Under the pieces are notes generated by a model that saw only the letters and a list, made by a program, of their open reading frames with translations, searched no databases and was not told the DNA's origin. Shown piece after piece: positions 1 to 9,441 of a stretch of DNA of 61,246 bases (its first letter is position 1; every line of letters starts with the position of its first letter). Source of the DNA: an uncultured Mycoplasmatota bacterium (GTDB lineage: Bacteria; Bacillota_I; Bacilli_A; RF39; UBA660). Location: the NCBI GenBank assembly GCA_946500695.1, contig CAMMWS010000003.1, forward strand, positions 1-61,246, given 5' to 3'. A program made the translations under genes and the position numbers.

Positions 1-2
1 AA

Positions 3-140
3 CACTTAAAAATAATGAAAGATAATAAAGATAGTTTATATACAATAGATAAAGCAATAGAAGATATAAAATATGCTTTTGATGAATTAGAAGTAGTAGA
101 ACATAAATATGATTATAGTAAATTACCAAAGAAAAACTAA
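3..140 (+). CDS. 3' end of a hypothetical protein (truncated by window edge)
   Basis: Open frame from 3 to TAA at 138-140 (HLKIMKDNK...LPKKN*), followed directly by the AGGAG SD of the next gene. Confidence 0.6.
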   Translation, partial: HLKIMKDNKDSLYTIDKAIEDIKYAFDELEVVEHKYDYSKLPKKN

Positions 141-145
141 AGGAG

Positions 146-733
146 ATGAATATAATGGATATAATTAAATTCAATTTAGATGATCTTAAAAATCAAAATA
201 CTGGTTTTTCTTACTACATATTAGGAAGAAGTTATGATTTAGAAGAAAATGGTGCTATTCAAGATTATACTAAAGCATTAGAATATTATTTAAAAGGTTT
301 AAATGTTGATTATCCATTATGTATTTATTCTTTAGGTATTTCTTACGAACTAGGATTAGGAGAAATATTATCAATAGATAAAAATAAATCAAAAGAACTT
401 CTAGATAATGCATATCCTAAGATTATTGAATTAATAAAGAATCCTGACATTTCTGATAAAGAAAGAATTTATGCTAAATTTGTAATAGGTGCTTATTATT
501 ATTTTGGACTTGGTAATATAGAAAAAGATTATAATAAAGCTTTTGAAATTATTAAAGAATGCGCTGATAAAGGTCATATTGGTGCAATTTATGATTTGGG
601 TGCAAATTTTTACTATAATGGAAATGGAACTGATATTAATTATGAATTAGCAAATTATTATTTGAATATTGCTCAAGAAAATGGTTTAAAAAGAGCAATA
701 GATTTATACAAATCGAGAAGTAAAATCAAGTAA
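146..733 (+). CDS. SEL1-like repeat (TPR) protein
   Basis: Repeats LGRSYDLEENGAIQDYTKALEYY, IGAYYYFGLGNIEKDYNKAFE, LGANFYYNGNGTDINYELA; SD AGGAG. Confidence 0.85.
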   Translation: MNIMDIIKFNLDDLKNQNTGFSYYILGRSYDLEENGAIQDYTKALEYYLKGLNVDYPLCIYSLGISYELGLGEILSIDKNKSKELLDNAYPKIIELIKNPDISDKERIYAKFVIGAYYYFGLGNIEKDYNKAFEIIKECADKGHIGAIYDLGANFYYNGNGTDINYELANYYLNIAQENGLKRAIDLYKSRSKIK

Positions 734-749
734 AGATGGAGGTCAAATA

Positions 750-2033
750 ATGACTAAAATAGATTTAAATAATCTTGATATTAGAATTTGTAATAGTAAC
801 GACGTTAAAGATATTTATAATATTCAAGAAATAGTAATTAATAATTTTAAAGATGAAGAAAAAGGTTATTTTTTGCCATTTACAGAAGAATGGTATTTAA
901 GAATTGTGAATAATCCTGATAAAGATGGTGAAATATATGGTGCATTTTATGAAAATAAAATGATTGCATGGATATTTTTATCAGTATCAACACGAATGGA
1001 ACAAATTAAAAGCTTTATTCCAGATATTAACGGGAAATGTGCTGATATTGATGGAGTTATAGTTTTACCTGAATATAGAGGGAATGGATTACAAAAAATA
1101 CTTGTTAATTATTTAGAAAAAAAAGCAAAAGAAAAAGGAATTGATAATGTTGTTGCAGAAGTAACTTTTGAAAATGATTATAGTTTGAAAAATTTAGAAG
1201 ATTTAGGTTATGAAATAAAGACTTGGTATAAAAAAGATGAAAATATAAAAAGACATATTTTGTTAAAAAAACTAAACACAACTTTTATTGATAAGAATAA
1301 TATCTTAAAAGTAGTTGATAATTTGATTTTAATGTACAAAAGAGGAGAATTAGGTGGAGAAGTAATGCCAGAGGATGCTAATCCACATTTTGAAAAATCT
1401 TCTTTGGAAAACTATTTATATTTTACTTTGCCAATGGCATTAAATTATCAAAGAAATTCATATACACTTTGGGAAAGTGCATTAAAAACCTATAATGATG
1501 AAGAAACAAAATTTGTATTTAATCCTAAAGTTTGCTTAGAAAAAACTTTTGAGGAAGTACAATATGCATTAACTAAATACAAAGTTGCTTTACAAAAACA
1601 AAAACAAACTGAGATTTGGTTATCGCTTTGCAATACTTTCGTAGAATTATTTGATGGCGATATAAGAAAATTATTCAATAATTTGGATAATGATGTAGAT
1701 AAAATTAGAAATTATATTCAAAAAGAAAATAAAAAGAAATTTCCATACTTATCTGGAACCAAAATTTGTAATTATTGGATGTATGTAATTTATCAGTATA
1801 CTGATAGAAAATATACAAATATAGAAAATTTAACTGTTGCACCAGATACTCATGTATGTAAGGCAACTCATAAATTAGGATTGATTAATGATGAGGAATT
1901 TAATTCTAGTAATGTTCAGCAAATCGTTATAGATAGATGGCAAGAATTATTTAGAAATACAAAATATAAGCCAATTGATATTCATACACCACTTTGGTTA
2001 TGGAGTAGAAATGGTTTTAAGGAGGTAAAATAG
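750..2033 (+). CDS. GNAT acetyltransferase fused to an HhH-GPD-like (endonuclease III superfamily) domain
   Basis: N-half has acetyl-CoA motif VLPEYRGNGLQ; C-half has YLSGTKICNYW and APDTHVCKATHKLGL. Confidence 0.65.
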   Translation: MTKIDLNNLDIRICNSNDVKDIYNIQEIVINNFKDEEKGYFLPFTEEWYLRIVNNPDKDGEIYGAFYENKMIAWIFLSVSTRMEQIKSFIPDINGKCADIDGVIVLPEYRGNGLQKILVNYLEKKAKEKGIDNVVAEVTFENDYSLKNLEDLGYEIKTWYKKDENIKRHILLKKLNTTFIDKNNILKVVDNLILMYKRGELGGEVMPEDANPHFEKSSLENYLYFTLPMALNYQRNSYTLWESALKTYNDEETKFVFNPKVCLEKTFEEVQYALTKYKVALQKQKQTEIWLSLCNTFVELFDGDIRKLFNNLDNDVDKIRNYIQKENKKKFPYLSGTKICNYWMYVIYQYTDRKYTNIENLTVAPDTHVCKATHKLGLINDEEFNSSNVQQIVIDRWQELFRNTKYKPIDIHTPLWLWSRNGFKEVK

Positions 2034-2590
2034 TGAAAGTATTAATAGGAACAAAAAATCCAGGAAAAATAGAAGGAGCAACAGAGGCATTTAAAAATTA
2101 TTTTGATGATTTTATTATTGATGGTATTCCAGTTTCATCAGATGTTAGTGAAGAACCAGTAAATAATGAAATATATGAGGGTGCTAGAAATCGTGTTAAT
2201 AATTTAATGCAATATGCTTTAGAAAATGGCATAGATGCTGAATATTTTCTAGGTGTAGAATCTGGGATAACTAATTTGTTAGGTAAATGGGTTATTATTA
2301 ATATTGCTGTTATTAAAGATAAAAATGGTTATGAAAGTTGGGGGACAAGCCCTGCTTTTCCTGTACCAGACAAATATGTAGAGGAAATAATTTCGACTGA
2401 TTTAGGTAAAGTTATGGATAAAATATTTGAACAAAATGATCTTAGAAGTGGCAAGGGTGGAATAAATTTTGTAACTAGCGGTGTTATAAGTAGGATAGAT
2501 TTAACAAGGGATGCTTTTATAATGGCTCTGACTCAACATACTAATGAAGTTTGGAATGATAAAGAATTGCAAAACAAGAAAGGATTATAA
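2033..2590 (+). CDS. yjjX: Non-canonical purine NTP phosphatase (inosine/xanthosine triphosphatase, DUF84)
   Basis: GTKNPGKI, SSDVSEEP, GARNR, GVESG and ISRIDLTRDA motifs. Confidence 0.8.
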   Translation: MKVLIGTKNPGKIEGATEAFKNYFDDFIIDGIPVSSDVSEEPVNNEIYEGARNRVNNLMQYALENGIDAEYFLGVESGITNLLGKWVIINIAVIKDKNGYESWGTSPAFPVPDKYVEEIISTDLGKVMDKIFEQNDLRSGKGGINFVTSGVISRIDLTRDAFIMALTQHTNEVWNDKELQNKKGL

Positions 2591-2592
2591 AT

Positions 2593-2919
2593 ATGAAAAT
2601 TATAACTGTTTGTGGTAGTTTAAAATTTTATAAGGAAATGATGGATATTACAGAAAAAATGGAATTACAAGGTAATTGCATGTTAGTACCAATCTATAAT
2701 CCTTCAAAATCAAGTAAAGATGACTTTACCGAAGAAGAAGCATTAATGTTAGATAAAATGCATAAGGAAAGAATAAAATTATCAGATGCTATTTTAGTTG
2801 TAAATGTTAATAATTACATAGGAAGTAGTACTAAAAGTGAAATTGAGTTTGCTAAGTCATTAAATAAAGAAATTATCTATTATACCGATATAGTTGATAA
2901 TAATAAAATGACACGATGA
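2593..2919 (+). CDS. Small Rossmann-like protein (nucleoside 2-deoxyribosyltransferase/DUF4406-like)
   Basis: ITVCGS...MHKERIKLSDAILVVN...YIGSSTKSEIEFA; paralog at 22179. Confidence 0.55.
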   Translation: MKIITVCGSLKFYKEMMDITEKMELQGNCMLVPIYNPSKSSKDDFTEEEALMLDKMHKERIKLSDAILVVNVNNYIGSSTKSEIEFAKSLNKEIIYYTDIVDNNKMTR

Positions 2920-2968
2920 CACCATAAATGAAAGTGGGGTACTCACAATCAATGTGTCATAGTGTCAT
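2908..2968. repeat. 15-bp inverted repeat built from paired ATGACAC heptamers
   Basis: ATGACACGATGACAC (2908-2922) and GTGTCATAGTGTCAT (2954-2968); one mismatch, 31-nt spacer. Confidence 0.75.
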
Positions 2969-2995
2969 AAATAATGTTAAAAAAAGAAGAATCTA

Positions 2996-3004
2996 TGATA
3001 TAAT
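2996..3004 (+). promoter_or_regulatory. Extended -10 promoter element
   Basis: TGATATAAT upstream of the leader hairpin and the AAA gene. Confidence 0.5.
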
Positions 3005-3020
3005 TATAGATGTAAAGAGA

Positions 3021-3066
3021 AGCGCTAGTACAGGCTTATTTATAGGTTTTTGTATTGGCGTTTTTT
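3021..3066 (+). other. G-U-rich leader hairpin with U tract (attenuator or small RNA candidate)
   Basis: AGCGCTAGTACAGGCTTA pairs with TAGGTTTTTGTATTGGCGT using several G-U pairs, followed by TTTTT. Confidence 0.5.
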
Positions 3067-3087
3067 AGTAGTAAGGAAGTGAAAAAA

Positions 3088-5145
3088 ATGAATTTAAATT
3101 TAGAAAATGGATATACAGTTACTTTACCTTTAAAAAGAAAGCATAATATATATTATGGGCCAAATAAAATAGGTAAAACCCAGATATCTCGATCGATGAA
3201 AAAATATTATGAAGAATTAAATGAAAAAGTTCTTTTGTTTAATGAAAATATTTTAAGTGATATGATTATTCAAAGTAGTGAAGATATTAATTCTTTTGAA
3301 GTAATGCCTATGGCACAAGAGTATAATAAATATTATAATAATATGCAAAAAAGTAAAGAAAAATTATCAATGAAAAATAGTTTAAAGGATTTATGCTTAG
3401 TTAATACAAAAAAGGCATTTCAAGGGTTTGAAAAAATAAGTGAGTATATTAATGATGATAATACTTATTCTTATAATGGTGATGATTTATCACCAGTTTA
3501 TAGTCAAGATGATATCAAGGATATGTATAAGCCAAAAAAGGTAAATATGAATATTTTTGAAATAATTGATAATCTGAAAAAAGATAATATCAAAATAATA
3601 CCAGATAATGTTAAGAAAATTGTTGAGTATGATATATATAGCATTCAATTGAAAATAAATCAAGACCCAGATAAATACAAGAATTGTCCTGTTTGTTTTT
3701 CACCTATTTGTCAAGAAAATTTAGATAAGATAAGGGAAAGCATTGAAAATGGTTCAATCGAAAAAGAATTGCAATTATCAATATTATTCTATTTAGATAA
3801 TAAAAGTGATATTTTAAGGAATAAAATGTCTGAGATATTATTGTGTGAATCATATGAATCCTTTGAAAAAGATTTTAAGTTAGATGTTGAAAAATCTATT
3901 ATTTCTTATTTAAGTAATCATTATGATAAAAAGGATGTTATAAATTATAAAGAAAATAAAACAAAAGTTGAAGAAATATTAAATAAAACAAAGGATTTTA
4001 AAATAACTGAAAATGTTGAATTAAGTAATTATATAAAAAATAAATTAAAGAATCATACGGTTTATAAAAATACAGATATAGAAATAAAAATTAGTGATGG
4101 AAAGTTAAAAGTTTTAAATAGTCAAGTTGAATATGATAAAATGTCTAAATCGGAACAAAATTATTTCAAATTTCTTTATTTTGATATTTTAGTTCATCAA
4201 AAGATTTTAGAAGGGAATTTGCATATAATTATTGATGATCCATTTGATAGTTATGATGATATTTATGTACAAGATTCAATAGCAATAATAACAAAATTAA
4301 TAAATGAACATATTGAAGATATTGATACAATTGATATTTTTTCTCATAGTATGTATATTCTTGATTTATATGATTCATTGAAAAAAATATATAATAAGTT
4401 TAATATTTACTGGATGGATCAAATTGGGTTAGCAAAAGAAATAAATATATTTGAAGATGGCTATGATTTATTTAAAAAAATAGATATAAATCCTTACGAT
4501 TATGGAATTATATTGAAGATTAGCGATAAAATGGTTGATAAATATTCATTAATTGCATTTGCTGCACTTTTAAGAAATGAAATAAATGTTGAGCGTTGGT
4601 TATTTAAAAATAACAGCAATAGTGAACTTTCTGATGTAAAAAATAAAGTAGAAGAACTATATAATAAAATATCAGAATCAATCGGTCATGTTAGGGAGGA
4701 AATATCAATAATTGAATTGAATAATATTATTAATGAAATATTTTATTTTGGTTTAAACGATAATGAAATACAGAATGTGTCATCTTTATTTGATGATATT
4801 TCAAATGATTATGTTGATATAGATATAAAAGCAAAAACTGGTTCTGGAAATATTGTATCAGTTCCTAAAAATGATATTTGTTATATATTAATTTATAAAA
4901 TATTATTTGGTTTGAAAATTAGAAGATTATTAGAAAAGAAGGTTTATGATATTGTACAAGAAGACTATACTGAAGTAGGGGATTTAATTGAAAAAATACC
5001 AAATACTCCATTGTATGATTATTATAATTTATATAAATACATAATTAATTCGTTTAATCATTCTTCATCAAGAGTTGTTCCACCAATTTTTGTGTATAGT
5101 TTCAAATCATTACGAGAAATGTATGAAGAATTACAAGCATTGTAG
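3088..5145 (+). CDS. ABC/AAA_13-type ATPase with zinc hook and probable C-terminal HEPN-like domain (RloC/PrrC-like)
   Basis: Walker A GPNKIGKT, CPVC hook, signature-like MSKSEQ, Walker B/D-loop IIIDDPFDSYD, H-loop FSHS, C-terminal NSFNHSS; ATG 3088 follows SD AAGGAAGTG. Confidence 0.6.
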   Translation: MNLNLENGYTVTLPLKRKHNIYYGPNKIGKTQISRSMKKYYEELNEKVLLFNENILSDMIIQSSEDINSFEVMPMAQEYNKYYNNMQKSKEKLSMKNSLKDLCLVNTKKAFQGFEKISEYINDDNTYSYNGDDLSPVYSQDDIKDMYKPKKVNMNIFEIIDNLKKDNIKIIPDNVKKIVEYDIYSIQLKINQDPDKYKNCPVCFSPICQENLDKIRESIENGSIEKELQLSILFYLDNKSDILRNKMSEILLCESYESFEKDFKLDVEKSIISYLSNHYDKKDVINYKENKTKVEEILNKTKDFKITENVELSNYIKNKLKNHTVYKNTDIEIKISDGKLKVLNSQVEYDKMSKSEQNYFKFLYFDILVHQKILEGNLHIIIDDPFDSYDDIYVQDSIAIITKLINEHIEDIDTIDIFSHSMYILDLYDSLKKIYNKFNIYWMDQIGLAKEINIFEDGYDLFKKIDINPYDYGIILKISDKMVDKYSLIAFAALLRNEINVERWLFKNNSNSELSDVKNKVEELYNKISESIGHVREEISIIELNNIINEIFYFGLNDNEIQNVSSLFDDISNDYVDIDIKAKTGSGNIVSVPKNDICYILIYKILFGLKIRRLLEKKVYDIVQEDYTEVGDLIEKIPNTPLYDYYNLYKYIINSFNHSSSRVVPPIFVYSFKSLREMYEELQAL

Positions 5146-5296
5146 AATTCTAGATACCAAAACTAGATACTAAACATCAAAAATAAAGTTATTTATATAA
5201 ACTTTGATAAATTATGATAAAAGAAAAAGCCTTATTTTGTAAGACTTTAATCAATTAATAAATTGTTACGAACTGATAATAATATTTCCCCCTGAA

Positions 5297-5324
5297 GGAG
5301 CCTTATGGCTCCGCTTTTATTTTT
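5297..5324 (+). terminator. Intrinsic terminator-like hairpin
   Basis: GGAGCC-TTAT-GGCTCC followed by a T-rich tract. Confidence 0.5.
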
Positions 5325-5659
5325 TATAAGAGTTTTAGAACTTAAAAAAACTTTAGGTAATAATTAGGTAATATTTTTCAAAAAAATGGTAAGCGGATTA
5401 AACTTACCATTATTTTATATTAACATTAATAGGCAGTTTTGTAGTTTGATTTATATTATAAGTAGAAAAATAAATTACAATTTAATGATAAGATTGTATG
5501 ACTTTAATTAATAATTTTGTGAAAGATAGTTAATAAAACTGTTTTTTTGAAAAGATAAGTATGATAGAAACATTTTTTTTCAATGATATCAATAGTTTTA
5601 ACAAAAACAAAGTTGTCGTTTAAAATTCAAAAATAAAGTTGTGATAAAATTTCCTTGAG

Positions 5660-6667
5660 GTGATAAAATGCATAAATATGTTTTTTTGGAAAGTGAGGTT
5701 ACAAACTTTTTTTGATTTAAATGATGAAAGTCAGTTTATTTATTTGTGTTGTGTAAAAACAGACGATCATTTTCATGTTTTAGATACATTTGAAGAATAT
5801 ATAAAACCTGAAAAAACTTTATCAAAGTACATAGAGGAAATTACTAAAATTACGAATCCTATGTTAGCAAAATGTAGACATGAGAAAGAAGTGCTAATAG
5901 ATTTTTTGATTTTTTTAGGTGATGCAACAATTATTTCATACAATGCACCATTTGAAATGAAGTTTTTAGCAAAAGGTTTTTATAAAAGAAATATAAAGGA
6001 TTATAAAATTTCATATTTTGATATTTTTCAAGAAATTAAAAGGAAAAAAATTATGAAAACAGAGATACCAACATTAGAAAATGTTGCTGAAAAATTAAAT
6101 ATAACACATGAAAGTGACGTTGATAAGCAAATTATAATTATGAAAAAATTATTAGCAAATGATAATTGTAATTCAATATTGGAATTTATAGACAAAGATA
6201 TTGACAGAATAGAATTATTTAAAGGATTGTCAACTAGAAAAGCACGTATGTTTGTTGATTATAATAAAAATAATAGAAGACTAACAACTTTTATAGATTT
6301 ATCAAAAAATAGGGAAGTTTGCTATTACGTAAATATAAAAAGAATTGATAGGGAACCTATATCTTTAGATGAACTGCTTGCATATAAAAATAAAGGTGCT
6401 ATTGTGGTAGAACATTTTATGACAATAACAAAAGAAACAATAAAGTATATTGATTTTGGAATAATATATTCTAATACTAAGGATATACCTTTTATAAAGA
6501 AAAGAAACTATATGTCTGCTCTTGACTATCTGATTAAACATAATAAAAAAATAATTTTAATTGGAAGTATAGAAGAATTTAAAAAAAATTATCGTGATTT
6601 TGAAGAAAAATTTATTAATAAAATAATCTTAAATTGCATAAAAGAGGAATCTTATCATGGGTTATAA
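5660..6667 (+). CDS. DnaQ/DEDDh-like 3'-5' exonuclease domain protein, degenerate; true start probably 5668 with a frameshift in a T7 tract
   Basis: FEEYIKPEKTLSKYIEEITKITNPML and IISYNAPFE match the PolC/DnaQ exonuclease pattern; SD GAGGTG is best spaced to out-of-frame ATG 5668. Confidence 0.65.
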   Translation: MIKCINMFFWKVRLQTFFDLNDESQFIYLCCVKTDDHFHVLDTFEEYIKPEKTLSKYIEEITKITNPMLAKCRHEKEVLIDFLIFLGDATIISYNAPFEMKFLAKGFYKRNIKDYKISYFDIFQEIKRKKIMKTEIPTLENVAEKLNITHESDVDKQIIIMKKLLANDNCNSILEFIDKDIDRIELFKGLSTRKARMFVDYNKNNRRLTTFIDLSKNREVCYYVNIKRIDREPISLDELLAYKNKGAIVVEHFMTITKETIKYIDFGIIYSNTKDIPFIKKRNYMSALDYLIKHNKKIILIGSIEEFKKNYRDFEEKFINKIILNCIKEESYHGL

Positions 6668-7094
6668 CATACAAAAATATATTGTTTTTTACATCGATAC
6701 TACAGGTTTAGATATTTATCACGATTATATGAATGAAATTTTTGCTATAAAATATGAAGATGGAAAGATTATTAATGTTTTTCATCATCGCTTTAGTTAT
6801 GGTTTTAGAGAAAGAGTATTAAAAGAATTTATAACTTGGTCTAATAATTATGATTTAGTTACTCATAATTATTATGGATTTTCAAAGTATTTTATAGAAC
6901 AGGTAGACTTTCTTCCTAATAAAATTATTGATACTTTATTACTTTCCAAAGGAAAATATAAAGGAATGAAATCTTATGATATGGATTATATTCTTAAAAA
7001 GTATGATATTAATACTGTGAAAGGTGACTCTATAAAAAATATCGTCAACAAGATTCAACAACTATTTTTAATATTAACAAGTAAATCAAATTGA
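6657..7094 (+). CDS. Second DEDD exonuclease-like protein, degenerate active site
   Basis: IVFYIDTTGLD (cf. DxETTG), LVTHN, IIDTLLLSK; overlaps the upstream stop. Confidence 0.6.
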   Translation: MGYNIQKYIVFYIDTTGLDIYHDYMNEIFAIKYEDGKIINVFHHRFSYGFRERVLKEFITWSNNYDLVTHNYYGFSKYFIEQVDFLPNKIIDTLLLSKGKYKGMKSYDMDYILKKYDINTVKGDSIKNIVNKIQQLFLILTSKSN

Positions 7095-7159
7095 TGGAAG
7101 ATAATATATCTGTTATAATAAAAATAGAAATTGACAATCGTTATTTAGGGAGTATAAAT

Positions 7160-8389
7160 ATGAAAATAAGAATTATAAAAGGTACAAATCAAATCGGTGG
7201 TACGATTACAGAAATAACATCATCAAAAGGAACAAAGATACTTATTGATTTTGGAAAGGACTTAGATACTGATGTTACTGATATTCCAAAGATAGATTGG
7301 AAAGAATATCATGCCGTTTTTATTACACATAATCATGAAGATCATATTGGTTTAATAAATAATATTCCAGATGATGTATTAGTATATGTTGAAGAAACTT
7401 CCCTAGAAGTTTATCAAGTGTTTTTAGATTTTACTTCAAAGTTACCATTATCAAGAAAAATTAATACATTTAAAATAAACGAAGAAATAAAAATAAATGA
7501 TGATATAATAGTAAAAAGTTACATTACAGATCATTCGGCTTTTAATGCTTTAATGTTTTTAATTGAATGTGATGACAAAAAAGTTCTTCATACTGGAGAT
7601 TTTAGGACAAATGGTTATAAAGGAAAGCTAGTAGAACAAGTTATTAAAGAAATAAAGAGTGTTGATGTGGTAGTTATGGAAGGGACTACCTTATCAAGAA
7701 ACAACTTAAAGAATCGACTAGAAAAAAATTTAGTAAAAGATATATATGATAAAACAAAAAAATATGATAAAGTGTTGATATTACAAAGTTCAACCAATAT
7801 CGATAGAGTTGTGTCGATGTATAAAGCTATGAAGAAATCTAAAAAAATATTTATAGAAGATATATTTACTGCTAATATAACTACTTTATTATCTAAAAAA
7901 GGTTATACAATTCCTAATCCCAAGACTTTTTATGATGTATATTCTTTTGTACCTATGAATAGAAGTGAATATAGAAAAGACCATAAAACAGATTTTTATT
8001 ATCAATATATAGAACCGTTCAAGAAAGATGCACATTTAGTTATGACAAAAGAAAAATTTGGAATTTTAGTAAAGCAAAGCATGCTGAAAGATATAAAACT
8101 ATATTATAATAAAGGATATTTAAAAAATACTTGTTTAATTTATTCTATGTGGGAAGGATATAAAGAAAAAGAAGATACTAATAGATTTTTAAAAGAAATT
8201 GAAAATTTAGGAATTGATATTATTACTTGTCATACATCAGGACATTCTGATGAAGCAGCAAGAAAAATGGTTTTAAAAGAATTAACGTATCGCTATTTAA
8301 TACCAATTCATACAGAACAAAAAGAAAAATTTGAAAAATATAAACATCATTATATTTTAAATGATGGAGAGGAGTTGGAAATAAGATGA
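7160..8389 (+). CDS. Metallo-beta-lactamase/beta-CASP nuclease (RNase J-like family)
   Basis: THNHEDHIG (HxHxDH), DHSA, HTGDFR, MEGT, HTSGH, PIHTE; SD AGGGAG before ATG 7160. Confidence 0.85.
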   Translation: MKIRIIKGTNQIGGTITEITSSKGTKILIDFGKDLDTDVTDIPKIDWKEYHAVFITHNHEDHIGLINNIPDDVLVYVEETSLEVYQVFLDFTSKLPLSRKINTFKINEEIKINDDIIVKSYITDHSAFNALMFLIECDDKKVLHTGDFRTNGYKGKLVEQVIKEIKSVDVVVMEGTTLSRNNLKNRLEKNLVKDIYDKTKKYDKVLILQSSTNIDRVVSMYKAMKKSKKIFIEDIFTANITTLLSKKGYTIPNPKTFYDVYSFVPMNRSEYRKDHKTDFYYQYIEPFKKDAHLVMTKEKFGILVKQSMLKDIKLYYNKGYLKNTCLIYSMWEGYKEKEDTNRFLKEIENLGIDIITCHTSGHSDEAARKMVLKELTYRYLIPIHTEQKEKFEKYKHHYILNDGEELEIR

Positions 8390-9441
8390 AAAATAACAGT
8401 AGATGTCTTAATATAGATATTTTAAGAAAATATAAAAAAACTATAGATTTAATTATAGATTATGCAAAAAAGAAAAAATGTTTTGTTGCGTTTAGAATTG
8501 AACCAGAAAGAATTACATTTTACTATAAAGGGAGAGTTGCTGTTGCTTTGTTTTTAACGACTAAAAATCTTTATATAAAGCCTAGAAATTTTTCAACTAG
8601 TAAAAAAGAGTATATAAAAGGAATAACTTTAAGTTATAAACAAAAACTAGAACGAAAGGGAATGCTTAAAGATGGAAAGATATATAGAATTCCTGTTACT
8701 CCACAGCTTGATTATCAATATATAATAGATGTTACGTGTGAGTATTTAGATCAATATTACAAACACAAAGAAGAAGAGAAAATAATCCAAAATGATATTG
8801 CTTATAAATATCAAGACTATAGTGATAAGTGGGTTTGTGTTGATCAAGAATATAATCAGTGCTTTGATAGTCAAACAGAGAAAGATAATAGTGGTATCCG
8901 TGGACGTTATGATTTTATCATGCTACGAAACACTGGAGAAAAATATAAAATAGTATTTTTAGAGTTAAAATCTACGATAGCAGCTTGTAAAGATTCTTCT
9001 TCTGGTATAATAAATCATTATAGTGATATGAAAAAGTTCATTGATATATATAAAAGTAATAAAAATAATACTAAAAATATTATTAGAGAAGAAATAGAGT
9101 TTATACTTCATATTAAATTTCCTTCTAAAGAGATAAAAGTTGATTATGATTATCCTGAATATGGCTTTTTATTTAAAATGATAAAAAAAGAAAAGACTCC
9201 CAAAACATTTTCTGATATTGAAACAATTATTAAGGGTGAAATTGATAAAGCAGTCCATATTAAAGAATCATATCATAAGGGACAAAATAAAAAAGCTTAT
9301 GCATCTATGATTAATAATAAAATTGTTATTGGTAATTCTGGGATGAAGAAATTTGATATTCAAGAAAAAGAATTGAAGATTTTATTAGAAGAATTAAGAA
9401 ATATAAAAATGTATACAGAAGAGTTTGAAGAAATAAAATGA
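8386..9441 (+). CDS. Putative PD-(D/E)XK restriction-endonuclease-like protein
   Basis: DQEY...GRYDFIML...FLELKS...GIINHYSD motif order; ATGA overlaps with both neighbours. Confidence 0.55.
   Translation: MKNNSRCLNIDILRKYKKTIDLIIDYAKKKKCFVAFRIEPERITFYYKGRVAVALFLTTKNLYIKPRNFSTSKKEYIKGITLSYKQKLERKGMLKDGKIYRIPVTPQLDYQYIIDVTCEYLDQYYKHKEEEKIIQNDIAYKYQDYSDKWVCVDQEYNQCFDSQTEKDNSGIRGRYDFIMLRNTGEKYKIVFLELKSTIAACKDSSSGIINHYSDMKKFIDIYKSNKNNTKNIIREEIEFILHIKFPSKEIKVDYDYPEYGFLFKMIKKEKTPKTFSDIETIIKGEIDKAVHIKESYHKGQNKKAYASMINNKIVIGNSGMKKFDIQEKELKILLEELRNIKMYTEEFEEIK

Noticed and set aside
7160-8389. Housekeeping RNase J
   Set aside because: Shorter than canonical RNase J, lacks its C-terminal region, and lies in an accessory nuclease operon
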